Shown: positions 51,031 through 64,000 of the stretch, piece by piece
Numbering within the stretch: the stretch's first letter is position 1
Layout of the letters: each line of letters starts with the position of its first letter
Origin: Eledone cirrhosa
Lineage: Eukaryota
Direction of reading: 5' to 3'
DNA: 64,000 bases
Assembly: GCA_964016885.1 (NCBI GenBank)
Contig: OZ024740.1
Span: 422,034,001 to 422,098,000, forward strand
Notes under the pieces: model-generated
Told to the model about the DNA's origin: nothing
Seen by the model: only the letters and a program-made list of their open reading frames with translations
The model's database searches: none
Program-made: the position numbers and the translations under genes

Positions 51031-53317
51031 AAAGAAAGTTCAAGCATGTTCTACAACGCGAGAACCAAAAACGTGAGGTGTTCAGGATTGCTAGGCAATG
51101 TGTCAAGGAAAACCGTGATATTGTCGGGGAGAAGTGTGTACTTAATGATGACGGCGTACTTGCCATCACCGACGCTGATAAGAAGGTAGCTTGGAAGTGC
51201 CACTATGAAAGGCTACTAAATGAGGAGAATAAATGGGAGAAAGACAGTCTCCCCCACATCGACCCAATAGAGGGACCAGCAGTGTTAGTCGAGGGTAGTA
51301 TGATAAGTAAGGCAATCAAGGATATGAAGACGGGTAAGGCGGCTGGGCCTTCGGAAATAGTTGCTGAGATGCTGAAGGCATCTGGCTCGGTGGGACACAC
51401 CATGGTCACCCGGATAGTTAACCAAGTCGTACAGAATGGGGTTGTTCCGAAGGACTGGCATAGCAGCATCATCGTTAACTGTTATAAGGGTAAAGGAGAT
51501 GCCCTAGATAGGAGTAACTATAGAGGCATTAAACTAATCGACCAGGTCATCAAGGTCACGGAAAAAGTAATAGCGCAACTAATCAGAGAGAGAATTGACC
51601 TAGATGAAATGCAGTTCGGGTTTGTGTCAGGCAAAAGTACCACAGACGCTCTTTTCATTGTACGTCAACTACAGGAGAAGTACCTAGCTAAAGGTAAACC
51701 CCTCTACTTAGCTTTTGTCGACTTGGAGAAAGCCTATGACAGAGTACCCCGTTCCATTATCTGGTGGGCCCTTAGAAAACTAGGTGTCGACGAATGGCTT
51801 GTGAGAGCTATACAAGCCATGTATAAAGAAACAGTCAGCAAGATTAGAATTAACAACGAATATAGTGAAGAGTTTAGCGTAAAAGTTGGCGTCCATCAGG
51901 GCTCTGTTCTCAGCCTCCTACTATTTATTATTGCCCTTCAGGCTATAACAGAGGAGTTCAAGACCGGCTGCCCATGGGAACTCCTATACGCAGACGACCT
52001 GACACTCATAGCTGAATCAATGGCCGAGCTAGAGAAGAAATTCCAAACATGGAATCACGGCCTAGAATCAAAAGGCCTTAAAATTAACCTGGCTAAGACT
52101 AAAGTTCTAGTTTGTAGGAAAGAAAATAAGGCGGCGGTCCCTTCCGGGAAATGGCCATGCTCAGTGTGTAGGAAAGGCGTAGGTAGAAACTCCATTTTAT
52201 GTCCCAAATGCAAAGTATGGGTGCATAAAAGATGTAGTGGGATCACAGGTAAGCTAACTAAGAACTTAGATTTTACATGTGGGCGGTGCTCTGGTGCAAT
52301 AAGTAGCAGCGAGTGCCCACAAAATACTAACTCTTTCAATTGCGCAGAGGGCTCTATAGAAATAGTGGACAGCTTCCGTTACCTCGGTGACAAAATCAGC
52401 AGTTGGGGAGGGTGCTCCGAAAGTACAGTAGCTAGAGTCAGAACTGGATGGAAAAAGTTCAGAGAGCTTATACCACTATTAGCCGCTAAAGGGTTCTCCC
52501 TAAAAATGAAAGGCAGGTTGTATGATGCCTGCATACGAACAGCAATGTTGCATGGCAGTGAGACCTGGGCATTGTGCGCAGAGGATATACGCAGACTAGA
52601 GAGGAACGAAGCTTGCATGCTCCGCTGGATGTGTAATAGTAATATACGTGAACGGCAAAGCATAAACGAACTAAGGAAAAAAAAAATTAGAAATAAGAGG
52701 GATCAGATGTTGTTTACTCGAGAGAAGGCTACGTTGGTACGGACACGTGATGCGCATGAAAGTCGATAGCTGTATAACAAAGTGCAGGGCAATAAAGATA
52801 GACGGTAGTCACGGAATAGGCAGACCTAGAAAATCCTGGGACGAGCTGATAAACTCCGACCTCACACACACTTACACCTCTCCAAGACAATGTCACTGGA
52901 CCGAGACCTTTGGCGGTACTCAGTAATAGAGAAGACCCGCCTTACCTAAATACATAGTAAAACCTACTACAGCCAGTAGGCATCTCTAACAAAATACACC
53001 CCCCCTCCCCCTCCTATGTAAAGTTATGTTGGTGCCACAACATCCAGGCCGAAACAAATGAGATCGTGTAGGTGTCACGACAAAAAAACACACAGTCCAC
53101 GCTGTAATGTGGCCGTGTAGGCAACACGGTAAAAACCTCCCAGTCCCACACTGTAAATGTGGTTGGTGTTAGGAAGGGCATCCAACTGTAGAAAACCTGC
53201 CAGACAGTCCTATGCGAGCAAGACAATCACTCTTGCCTCAAGTGGGAATACCCCCGTCCAAACCCATGCAAGCGTGGAACACGGACGTTAAACGTTGATG
53301 ATGATGATGATGATGAT
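51031..53317 (+). mobile_element. 5'-truncated RTE-clade LINE (RT with PHD-like finger)
   Basis: ORF 51078-52769 is closely related to 42161-44179; frameshift in an A-run; (GAT)n tail. Confidence 0.93.
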
Positions 53318-53433
53318 ACACACATACATACATATATTCATACATATACACACATACACACGTGTGTGTACACATATACACATACATACACATGTACATA
53401 CATATACACACACATATATATATATATACACAT

Positions 53434-53495
<62 letters not shown>

Positions 53496-53500
<5 letters not shown>

Positions 53501-53612
53501 TCGTAATAAAATGAAAACGAAATTTCATTTCTCACTCTTAGTACGGCACTTACTTAAATGTAAGTATGTATGTATACGTACATACATATATGTATACAGA
53601 CGTACAGTAGCA

Positions 53613-53690
<78 letters not shown>

Positions 53691-54126
53691 CATACAGGTA
53701 CACATACATATATGTACGTATCAGTTTAGCGGACGCTTATTATAGCGCCCGCTTTGTTCGTTTGTAAACAAACTGAACAGCCTGAATTTATGCCGCACGG
53801 TGTTAAGGCAACCACGTCACCTTTTTGTTCAACACTGACACAGGAACGATGTACTAGTTTCAAGCTTGTTAGCTATCATCAGCACCGTATACCCATCTGC
53901 CAGATAGTTGAACGTTCGAAAGTATATACTTTCCTTATGAAAATTAACGGCTGAGCAGCCTAATTTGCATATCGAGTGAGTTAAATCGGTCAGGCGCACC
54001 GAAAACGATGAGTTGTAATAAAATGAAAACGAAATTTCATTTCTCACTCTTAGTACGGCACTTACTTAAATGTAAGTATGCATGTATACGTACATACATA
54101 TATGTATACAGACGTACAGTAGCATG

Positions 54127-54210
<84 letters not shown>

Positions 54211-54299
54211 TACATACAGGTACACATACATATATGTACGTATCAGTTTAGCGGACGCTTATTATAGCTAAACTGATACGTACATATATGTATGTGTAC

Positions 54300-54342
<43 letters not shown>

Positions 54343-54400
54343 TGCTACTGTACGTCTGTATACATATATGTATGTACGTATACATACATACTTACATTTA
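53496..54400 (-). mobile_element. retrozyme-like element: 512-bp monomer + partial tandem copy + inverted segment
   Basis: 53496-54007 is repeated from 54008 to ~54268; 54267-54400 is an inverted copy; there is an internal hammerhead. Confidence 0.8.
53846..53888 (-). ncRNA. minimal type I hammerhead ribozyme
   Basis: ACGGTG-CTGATGA-TAGCT-AACA-AGCTT-GAAA-CTAG-TA-CATCGT (GUA site, palindromic CTAG in stem III). Confidence 0.85.
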
Positions 54401-54528
54401 TATATATATATATATATAGTAATAATAATAAATTTGAAGACTAAAATCCAAAGAGGGCTCGATAAGGATAAATATATATCAAATATATAAGAACCGTAGA
54501 GCAAATATTTATTAAAATAACAGATTAA

Positions 54529-54579
54529 AGTTTAAGCAAAGAATCGCTGCTTTCACCCTTAACGGGATCTTCTGAAACT
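54529..54579 (-). ncRNA. type I hammerhead motif with U4A core substitution
   Basis: AGTTT-CAGAAGA-TCCC-GTTAA-GGGT-GAAA-GCAG..TTGC-TT-AAACT. Confidence 0.55.
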
Positions 54580-54658
54580 AACAAAGTCAATCTGTAAACG
54601 CAGAAGTGGATATTTCAAAAAACGTTGCAACCGGAGGAAGACAGGAAGACGATACTTT

Positions 54659-54934
54659 GGTTCGTGGAAACGTTCCCTGGCAAAGAACGGGAAAAAACGA
54701 ATATAATACGTCATTAATATGAACGGTGAAAAACAATTACGCGCAAAGACAGAACCACGTTTATGGTATAAAAGAAGTCGTAGACTAATGTTCTCTTCAG
54801 GTGGTTCATAGAGACGTTCTCTGGCAATGAACGGAAAAAACGAAGGTAATACGTCATATGTGGAGCGTGGAGAACAATAGCACGCAAAGACAAAACCACG
54901 TAAATGGTATAGCAGAAGTCGTAGACTAAAATTC
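54659..54934. repeat. diverged ~144-bp direct repeat (2 copies)
   Basis: GGTTC..ACGTTC.CTGGCAA.GAACGG...CGCAAAGACA.AACCACGT..ATGGTATA..AGAAGTCGTAGACTAA occurs twice. Confidence 0.8.
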
Positions 54935-55244
54935 TAACTAGGAGACCGAATGAATCTCCGCTTCAGAGTTAAGAACAAAGTAAATAAATACAATACAGAA
55001 GTAATAGAAATTAAATAAATACATACACGCATACAAATATGTACATACACAAGCATACGCGAAAACACTTACCATAGGTATACAAAACCACGCACATATA
55101 AATATGTGTGAGTGCGTATGAGTGTATACAAATATATTAAATAATTAAATAAACGTATATAAATAAATATATACGTATATAACAAGCGCACACACATACC
55201 TATATACATACATATACACACATATATATACACACACACACACA

Positions 55245-55358
<114 letters not shown>

Positions 55359-55530
55359 CACACACATACATACACATATATACACATATATATATATATG
55401 CAAAAGTTTTATTTAAAATTGTTGGGTTACAACAAGTAAATATTTTATAACTGATATAAAGCACTCGACAAGTTTTTGGAGTAGATATACGATGTTAAAC
55501 AAATGGAAACTATATTTATAAAACCATATT

Positions 55531-55596
55531 TATTTCATTATACATATTTCGGGGATACCATATTAAAAATATGGCATGCCTTCGTCAGATAAAATA
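55531..55596 (-). ncRNA. minimal type I hammerhead ribozyme
   Basis: Reverse complement of 56270-56335. Confidence 0.8.
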
Positions 55597-56269
55597 CAAT
55601 ATATAAGCAGTTTTATAAATAATTTTGACGTACCATAAATATGAGCGACCATTAGGTGGGAAGCTGGTTTGGTAGTGAAGTGTTTATAAATATTTAGTGT
55701 TAAGTACAGTTATAAAGAAAGACGGAGAAAAAGAAGAAATGTATGTAAAGAAAAACAGAGAGAAATAGAGAGAGATAGGGGAGAGAGAAATAGGGAGGAG
55801 GTGAAAAAAGAGAGGCAACCGAAGGCAACAGATGAATAATAATAATTCATCATACAAATTGAGAAGTTTAAGAGGGAGGGAGTACGGTAATTATTTAGTT
55901 ATAGTGTTAAGGACAGTTAGTGAGGAGACGGAAAGAAAGAAAAAATGGAGACTATAACACTATAACTAAATAATTACCGTACTCCCTCACTCTTAAACCT
56001 CTCAATTTGTATGATGAATTATTATTATTCATCTGTTGCCTTCGGTTGCCTCTCTTTTTTCACCTCCTCCCTATTTCTCTCTCCCATATCTCTCTCTCTA
56101 TTTCTCTCTGTTTTTCTTTACATACATTTCTTCTTTTTCTCCGTCTTTCTTTATAACTGTGCTTAACACTAAATATTTATAAACACTTCACTACCAAACC
56201 AGCTTCCCACCTAATGGTCGCTCATATTTATGGTACGTCAAAATTATTTATAAAACTGTTTATATATTG

Positions 56270-56335
56270 TATTTTATCTGACGAAGGCATGCCATATTTT
56301 TAATATGGTATCCCCGAAATATGTATAATGAAATA
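56270..56335 (+). ncRNA. minimal type I hammerhead ribozyme
   Basis: TATTTTAT-CTGACGA-AGGCATGCCATATT..AATATGGTATCCCC-GAAA-TATGTA-TA-ATGAAATA. Confidence 0.82.
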
Positions 56336-56380
56336 AATATGGTTTAATAAATATAGTTTCCATTTGTTTAATATCGTATA

Positions 56381-56485
56381 TATATATATATATATATACA
56401 CACACAAATACACACATATATATATATACATATACACATATATATACATATATATATATATATTTATATATACATATACATACAT

Positions 56486-56555
<70 letters not shown>

Positions 56556-56761
56556 GTATGTATATGTATATATACATATATACACATACACACATATACA
56601 TACATATACACACATATATACAAATACATACATAAACACATACATACATATACACAAATATATATATATACATATATACACACGTATGCATATTTACATA
56701 TATATACACGCATATACATACATACATATATACACATACACATACATACATATATACACAT

Positions 56762-56854
<93 letters not shown>

Positions 56855-56869
56855 CATATACATACACAT

Positions 56870-56944
<75 letters not shown>

Positions 56945-57129
56945 CACACATACACACACAGACATACACACATACATATATACATAAATACACACACAAA
57001 TACACACATACATACACATACATATATATACACATATACACATACACAAAAACATACATATACACGCATATACATATATATACACACACACACATGTACA
57101 CACATATATACATATATACACATACATAC

Positions 57130-57162
<33 letters not shown>

Positions 57163-57517
57163 CACACACACATATATATACACATATATACACATATATA
57201 CACACACACATACACATACATACATACATATACACATACATATACATATATATATATATATACACATACACATACACATATATATACACATACATATACA
57301 TATATATACACATACATACATACATACACATACATACACAAACATATACACGCACATATATATATATATATATATATACAAATATACACACACACATATA
57401 TACACACATATATACACATACATATATATATATATATATACATATACACACATATATACATATACACATATATACACATACATATAAATACACATACACA
57501 CACACACATATATATAT
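56381..57517. repeat. compound (TA)n/(CA)n low-complexity tract
   Basis: Read directly. Confidence 0.95.
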
Positions 57518-57710
57518 AGGAACAAGTAAGACTCCGACGGCTGAGCTCAAGCCGTTTCGACGACTAATTCTGTACAGAATTAGCCGTCGAAACGGCTTGA
57601 GCTCAGCCGTCGGGGTCTTACTTGTTCCTATTACCCACTCTACTACCCTAAGTATTGAGTACTTTGGTGCGTTATGGTCCACCTGGTTCCTTACCACATT
57701 TCCTTCGTTA
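57518..57710. mobile_element. mini palindromic derivative of the PLE terminus (3' half of hammerhead only) plus ~80-nt tail
   Basis: Palindrome centred on GTAC 57572-75; the tail is nearly identical to 60955-61036. Confidence 0.85.
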
Positions 57711-57717
57711 TATATAT

Positions 57718-57812
57718 ATGGAGATGCAGGATATGGCAGCGATAATGAGGGACAGAGGACAGAGACCGCTGGAGAGAACTCGTCCATGGATCTCGGGAAT
57801 TTTACCCGCCTT

Positions 57813-57815
<3 letters not shown>
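57718..57815 (+). mobile_element. 3'-terminal fragment of the RTE-like family at 39654-40829
   Basis: Reverse complement of 39655-39745, with a small internal duplication. Confidence 0.8.
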
Positions 57816-57879
<64 letters not shown>

Positions 57880-57880
<1 letters not shown>

Positions 57881-57992
57881 GAACAAGTAAGACCCCGACG
57901 GCTGAGCTCAAGCCGTTTCGACGGCTAATTCTGTACTGAATGAAAAATTAATTCTGGTATTTAAATAGCCGAACTTATCAAGGGGTAATTCC
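57880..57992 (-). ncRNA. type I hammerhead ribozyme, U3-A8 core variant
   Basis: ACCCC-TTGATAA-G..CGGCTA....TAGCCG.C-GAAA-CGGCT..AGCCG-TC-GGGGT. Confidence 0.8.
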
Positions 57993-58973
57993 ATATATGG
58001 TCAAAGAGATAATCACCAGGATTGGTCACATCACAAGTTAGTAGTAAATCTGTGATGGCAAGTTGGTGGGGGAAGGGTAGCTAAACCTGCCAGTAGGAGA
58101 AAAATGGAGAGGGGGTGGAGTAGACCCATTCATGCGTTGGTAGTGCCAGCTACAGCTGGGTGTGAGGTCAAAGAGAATACTGGGAGGGGGAGGGGGAGGA
58201 GGTCGAAACGGTAAGTAGAACAATGAAAGGTAAAACTGTAAAAGGTACTGAGAGAGAGAAAAAAAAAGCAAAATCTGGTTACTAAGACTTAGGTCTCTCG
58301 CTATTGCTAGGCTGAAGAAATACACAAATAAATAAATAAAAAAATAAGTGAATAAAAGAATAGATAAATAAATTTAAAAAAAAAAAAAATATATATATAT
58401 ATAATGTAGAATAAAAAAATAAATAATAATAATAGAAATAAACTAGGTGGGACGGAAATAAAGGGACCCTTATACGAGGTATAAGTGCGTGTATCGTACG
58501 GTGACGGGTCAACAAATGGGGGGGCAGAATACTAAAGAGACTACCACGAAAATATTAAAGGTTTCTACCCCAAACACAGGGCCAGCAACCACCCAGTGCA
58601 AGAAAGTAAACTAGTACGAGAATATAATTCAGGGTGCCGCAAAAAAATACTAGTGCTAACTCTAAGGGTACCGCCACGAAACAAAAAGTCTTATACAAGC
58701 TACATGAAAGATCGTACGAAGTAAAAGTAAAGAACGGAAAAATTAATACAGGACCCCCCCCCCCCCAAAAAAAAAAACATCACCCTCCGTATATCCCGTT
58801 TGTCAGCTAATGAGAAGATATTCGATGAACATGCGCCTTACTACAACCAGGCCCTCAAGCGGAGTGGTTTCCGGGAGGAAATATCCTACTGTCCAGCTCC
58901 CATTAGCGGAACCAGCAGGCGACATCGCCGCTCACGCAATGTAACATAGTTCAATCCTCCCCACAACGCAGAG

Positions 58974-59645
58974 GTGACTACTCCCATCGGGAAAATTTTC
59001 TTTAGGCTCATTGAAAAACACCTCCCACCACAACACCGCTACCACAACATAATTAACAAAAATACCATCAAACTCTCTTACAGCACTACACCTAACTTCG
59101 CACAAAACATCGTCTCCTCCAACAACAAAAAACTCAACCCCGATGGAAGAAACAACCTAAATAGCAGTGGAGAGCCGACCAGGAGGTGCAACTGTCCTGA
59201 TAGATCCAGTTGCCCCCTCGACAACAGATGCAGAGACCGTAATGTGATCTACCAGTGCAACGTGAGCACGGACACCTCCAACAAAGCTTATATAGGATTA
59301 ACCGCATGCGACTTCAAGACCCGGCTATACCAACACAGACATACCTTCCGAAACCCGACCCGGCGTCACGCCACTACACTTTCGGGCCACATATGGGACC
59401 TCAAGGACAATAACATCAACTATGATCTCACTTGGAAATTACTGTCCAGAGCCAACTCTTACACGGGAGGACGCCGTCCGTGCAATTTATGCTCGGAGGA
59501 AACATTACAAATGCTGTTTTCGACGGACCAACTCCTTAACAAGAAAGATGATCTGGTTACTGCATGTAAACACCGATTACGTAGGACTTACCTCGCCCTC
59601 AAACCCCATAATGACCCGGGGGGGGGGGGTAGACTAGGGCTATAA
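58974..59645 (+). pseudogene. Penelope-like GIY-YIG endonuclease region
   Basis: NKNTIKLSYSTT, CNC..CPLDNRC, VIYQC..AYIGLT..FKTR and CNLC..E motifs; in-frame stop upstream. Confidence 0.9.
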
Positions 59646-60841
59646 CACCACACTTGCCTATTTTGTAATGGGTAACCCCTGCTTGCCTATGGAGACGTAA
59701 GATCTTCTTTTACATTCTTTTATCGCTTCCTCTATATTTCCTCCTTCCCCCCATCCCTCCCTAGTCCTTCTACCCCAGTTCCCTTTCTTTGTCGTCGTCT
59801 TTTTCTCGCCCACCCGAGGTAGCCCATCGGTCCCTTGTAGCTTCAGCACCCCTACCCCCACCTCCTCCCCTATTCTATGATAGATGTGGCTGACTCCGCT
59901 TTTTATAGCAGAGGTGTTAGACTTCGGATACTCGCCCCCTTCTCCGACCACCGCTGTCCCTTTTTTCCGTGCCTTCTATATTTCTTAGTGGCATCTTTGC
60001 TTTAATTTCTCGTTTATCCAGTATCTCTTTTTTCTTTTTCCCCCTTTTTTTGGGGGGGGGGGGGGGGGGGTGTTCCTGTATTAATTTTTCTGTTCTTTAC
60101 TTTTACTTCGTACGATCTTTCATGTAGCTTGTATAAGACTTTTTGTTTCGTGGCGGTACCCTTAGAGTTAGCACTAGTATTTTTTTGCGGGACCCTGAAT
60201 TATATTCTCGTACTAGTTTACTTTCTTGCACTGGGTGGTTGCTGGCCCTGTGTTTGGGGTAGAAACCTTTAATATTTTCGTGGTAGTCTCTTTAGTATTC
60301 TGCCCCCCCCCCCCCCTTTGTTGACCCGTCACCGTACGATACACGCACTTATACCTCGTATAAGGGTCACTTTATTTCCGTCCCACCTAGTTTATTTCTA
60401 TTATTATTATTTATTTTTTTATTCTACATTATATATATATATATATATATATATTTTTTTAAATTTATTTATCTATTCTTTTATTCACTTATTTGTTTAT
60501 TTATTTATGTATTTCTTCAGCCTAGCAATAGCGAGAGACCTAAGTCTTAGTAACCAGATTTTGCTTTTTTTTTCTCTCTCTCAGTACCTTTTACAGTTTT
60601 CCCTTTCATTGTTCTACTTACCGTTTCGACCTCCTCCCCCTCCCCCTCCCCAGTATTCTCTTTGACCTCACACCCAGCTGTAGCTGGCACTACCAACGCA
60701 TGAATGGGTCTACTCCACCCCCTCTCCCTTTTTCTCCTACTGGCAGGTTTAGCTACCCCTTCCCCCACCAACTTGCCATCACAGATTTACTACTAACTTG
60801 TGATGTGACCAATCCTGGTGATTATCTCTTTGACCATATAT

Positions 60842-60954
60842 GGAATTACCCCTTGATAAGTTCGGCTATTTAAATACCAGAATTAATTTTTCATTCAGTA
60901 CAGAATTAGCCGTCGAAACGGCTTGAGCTCAGCCGTCGGAGTCTTACGTGTTCC
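60842..60954 (+). ncRNA. type I hammerhead ribozyme, U3-A8 core variant
   Basis: TTGATAA 60853-59, GAAA 60915-18, stem III CGGCT/AGCCG, GUC site ending at 60937; one stem I mismatch. Confidence 0.75.
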
Positions 60955-61033
60955 TATTACCCACTCTACTACCCTAAGTATTGAGTACTTTGGTGCGTTA
61001 TGGTCCACCTGGTTATTTACCACATTTCCTTCG

Positions 61034-61094
<61 letters not shown>

Positions 61095-61276
61095 CATATA
61101 GATATATATATACAAATAAGTACTCAATAAATATACGCATATACACAGGCACATAAAAACAGCTCTACAGGCAGAAAAAGCAGATAGGTAAGAGGTACTC
61201 ACAACCATAGTGGCCGTATTTCAGGTTGAGGAGGGGGTGGGAAGGAGGTAGAAGGGCTAAACGGGGGAAGTCGTTT

Positions 61277-61640
61277 TTAGCCATCGGGCTTTAACACTGG
61301 CTTAAGGTGTTTGAAAGTTGCAAAGTTCTTGTGCACGCAGTTCGGGCAGTGTTCAGAGAGTTTGTTCAGTAGCGGGCCCTTGGCGAATAAAATTTCATAG
61401 CTATCTGAGATACAAAGGTCGCAGCCCTTGTGTCCTCCGTTGTAAGAGCGCGCTTTCTGGAGTATTTTCCATTTAAGCGTGAAGGGGGTGGAGTTCCTTT
61501 TGAGATCCCATACATAGGAGGCGAGTGTTGTCTGGTTTGATTTGTCCGGTCTTCTGAAGGAGTGGGTATGGGTATACCAACGGGTCTTAAAGTTATTGGA
61601 TGTCATGCCTATGTAAGTCTTTTTGTTGTTGCAATCATCG
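61277..61640 (-). pseudogene. inverted copy of PLE GIY-YIG C-terminal half
   Basis: YIGMTSNNFKTR...CDLC...HCPNCVH. Confidence 0.9.
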
Positions 61641-62691
61641 TTCTTCTCTAAGCTCGTACTTCTCTAATCTAGGATTTAGTATAACTATAGAATCTAATAT
61701 GACTAGAGCCAACTTCTTAGATGTCACTCTCGACCTAGATACTTCCCTCTATTACCCGTACCACAAACCTAACGAGTCCCTTAGATATATTAATGTTAAT
61801 TCTAACCACCCCAAAAACATCACTGATAACTTAGTAAAAAGCGTCTCTATTAGAATCTCTGGCCTCTCTGCCAACGAAGATATTTTTAACGCCTCTGCCT
61901 CCTACTACAATAACGCCCTCGTCCGCAGCGGATTTAAAGAAAAGATAACCTACCTAGAAACCACCGCAAGAATGCAGAGGAGGAATAGGCATAGGCAGAT
62001 TAGCTGGTACAACCCTCCCTTCAATAGAGAGGTCTCTACGCCGATAGCTAGGATTTTCTTCACTTTGCTGAAAACACACTTCCCCATACAACATAGGTAC
62101 TACACCATCTTTAATAAGAACACAATAAGACTCTCCTACTCCACCACACCTAGCCTAGCTAGGAATATAGCCAACCACAATTCTAAAAAATTAAATAAGC
62201 CAACCACCTCCGAACCCAATCCCCGGACTGGGGCCTTGTGTAATTGCCTAAATAAGGAAGCCTGCCCACTTGAAAACAAATGCCTGACAAATGATATCGT
62301 ATACAAATGCGATGTCATCTCAGGCACCGATGATTGCAACAACAAAAAGACTTACATCGGCATGACTTCCAATAACTTTAAGACCCGTTTGTATGCCCAT
62401 ACCCACTCCTTCAGAAGACCGGACAAATCAAACCAGACAACACTCGCCTCCTATGTTTGGGACCTCAAAAGGAACTCCACCACCTTCACGCTTAAATGGA
62501 AAATACTCCAGAAAGCGCGCTCTTACAACGGAGGACACAAGGGTTGCGACCTTTGTATCTCAGAGAGCTATGAAATTTTATTCGCCAAGGGCCCGCTACT
62601 GAACAAACTCTCTGAACACTGCCCGAACTGCATGCACAAGAACTTTGCAACTTTCAAACACCTTAAGCCAGTGTTAAAGCCTGATGGCTAA
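61641..62691 (+). pseudogene. PLE RT C-terminus/thumb + GIY-YIG endonuclease
   Basis: NFLDVTLDL, YINVNSNHP, WYNPPF, CNC..CPL..C and IVYKC..TYIGMT motifs. Confidence 0.92.
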
Positions 62692-62885
62692 AAACGACTT
62701 CCCCCGTTTAGCCCCTCTACCTCCTTCCCACACCACCAACACCTCTCCTCAACCTGAAATACGGCCACTATGGTTATATGAGTACCTCTTACCTATCTGC
62801 TTTTTCTACGTTTTCTGCCTGTAGAGCTGTTTTTATGTGCCTGTGTATATGCGTATATTTATTGAGTACTTATTTGTATATATAT

Positions 62886-63467
<582 letters not shown>

Positions 63468-64000
63468 ATAAAAACAAATAACGAAACGAAATTAAATTTC
63501 GTTTCGTTTGTAACTCACTTTTGTATGACTGACGCTTAAACAATTAAGTTAAAGATGTACATCCATATATGTATACTGAAATACTAGTATGTATATGAAT
63601 ACACACACGTATACATATGTAGATGTACCAAGTTTTTTCACTGGTCACTTTACTGTGAGTGGCCAGCTATTCTGTATGTAAACACACAGACAAACCGGTT
63701 TTTAGAGTCATACTGGTTTTTGAGGAAACACCTTTCCTCTATTCTCCAGAAAGCCAGACAAGGAATATTGAACTAGTTTCGTTGTTGTTACAACTCATCA
63801 GCAATATTTACCTATCTTCCGGCCTCTCTAGAGAATCGTAAAAGCACATATCGTTATATGCTTTTTCTATGAAAATTAGTAGTGGGCAGACTAATTTGCA
63901 TAGAGTGTGAGTAAGTACCGGTTCAACGGAGACGATAAAAACAAATAACGAAACGAAATTAAATTTCGTTTCGTTTGTAACTCACTTTTGTATGACTGAC
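63468..64000 (-). mobile_element. retrozyme-like element: 467-bp monomer, tandem copy runs off window
   Basis: 63468-63533 is repeated exactly from 63935; internal hammerhead; architecture shared with 53496-54007. Confidence 0.8.
63764..63808 (-). ncRNA. minimal type I hammerhead ribozyme
   Basis: AATATTG-CTGATGA-GTTGT-AACA-ACAAC-GAAA-CTAG-TT-CAATATT (perfect stems I and II, GUU site). Confidence 0.9.

Larger units (their letters stand above)
55399..56380. mobile_element. asymmetric palindromic element with two hammerheads (family A, second copy)
   Basis: Arms ~55486-55909 and ~55955-56380, with a ~90-nt left tail homologous to 44523-44611. Confidence 0.88.
57880..61036 (+). mobile_element. 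5'-truncated Penelope-like element with ~0.9-kb inverted pseudo-LTR
   Basis: 57880-~58775 is the reverse complement of ~60045-60954; PLE coding remnant at 58790-59645; both arms carry a hammerhead. Confidence 0.9.
61095..62885 (+). mobile_element. 5'-truncated Penelope-like element with inverted 3' duplicate
   Basis: ~61095-61640 is the reverse complement of ~62328-62885; (TA)n flanks. Confidence 0.9.

Noticed and set aside
56274-57939. YI/CV/HT-repeat ORFs, also at 49-50.2, 50.8-51.2, 53.2-55.5 and 62.8-63.5 kb
   Set aside because: These are translations of (TA)n/(CA)n microsatellites.
62680-62770. Hammerhead at the end of the GIY-YIG ORF (CTGATGG...GAAA)
   Set aside because: The core is CCGATGG in the inverted copy and no consistent stems I and III form.

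Overview
Eukaryotic, repeat-dominated window. The SINE, RTE and Penelope content and the (TA)n density suggest an invertebrate, possibly an octopod cephalopod (inference only). Bases 1-~30010 are a 30-bp satellite with a ~5.04/5.13-kb higher-order repeat that decays towards its right edge and ends against a mariner remnant. Bases 30-64 kb are stacked mobile elements: tRNA-SINEs, a compact full-length Ty3/gypsy-type LTR element, RTE and Tx1/L1 LINEs and Penelope-like (PLE) fragments, plus two candidate host exons. Two systems stand out. (1) The LTR element has no canonical TGG primer-binding site; the 12 nt next to its 5' LTR instead match nt 1-12 of tRNA-Phe, in the geometry needed for priming by a 5' tRNA fragment. 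(2) About 11 type I hammerhead ribozyme motifs from several families occur, including a U3-A8 core variant tied to a PLE GIY-YIG ORF. They sit in asymmetric palindromes or ~0.5-kb retrozyme-like tandem monomers inserted in (TA)n. All structures were read by eye; no folding or database search was run.
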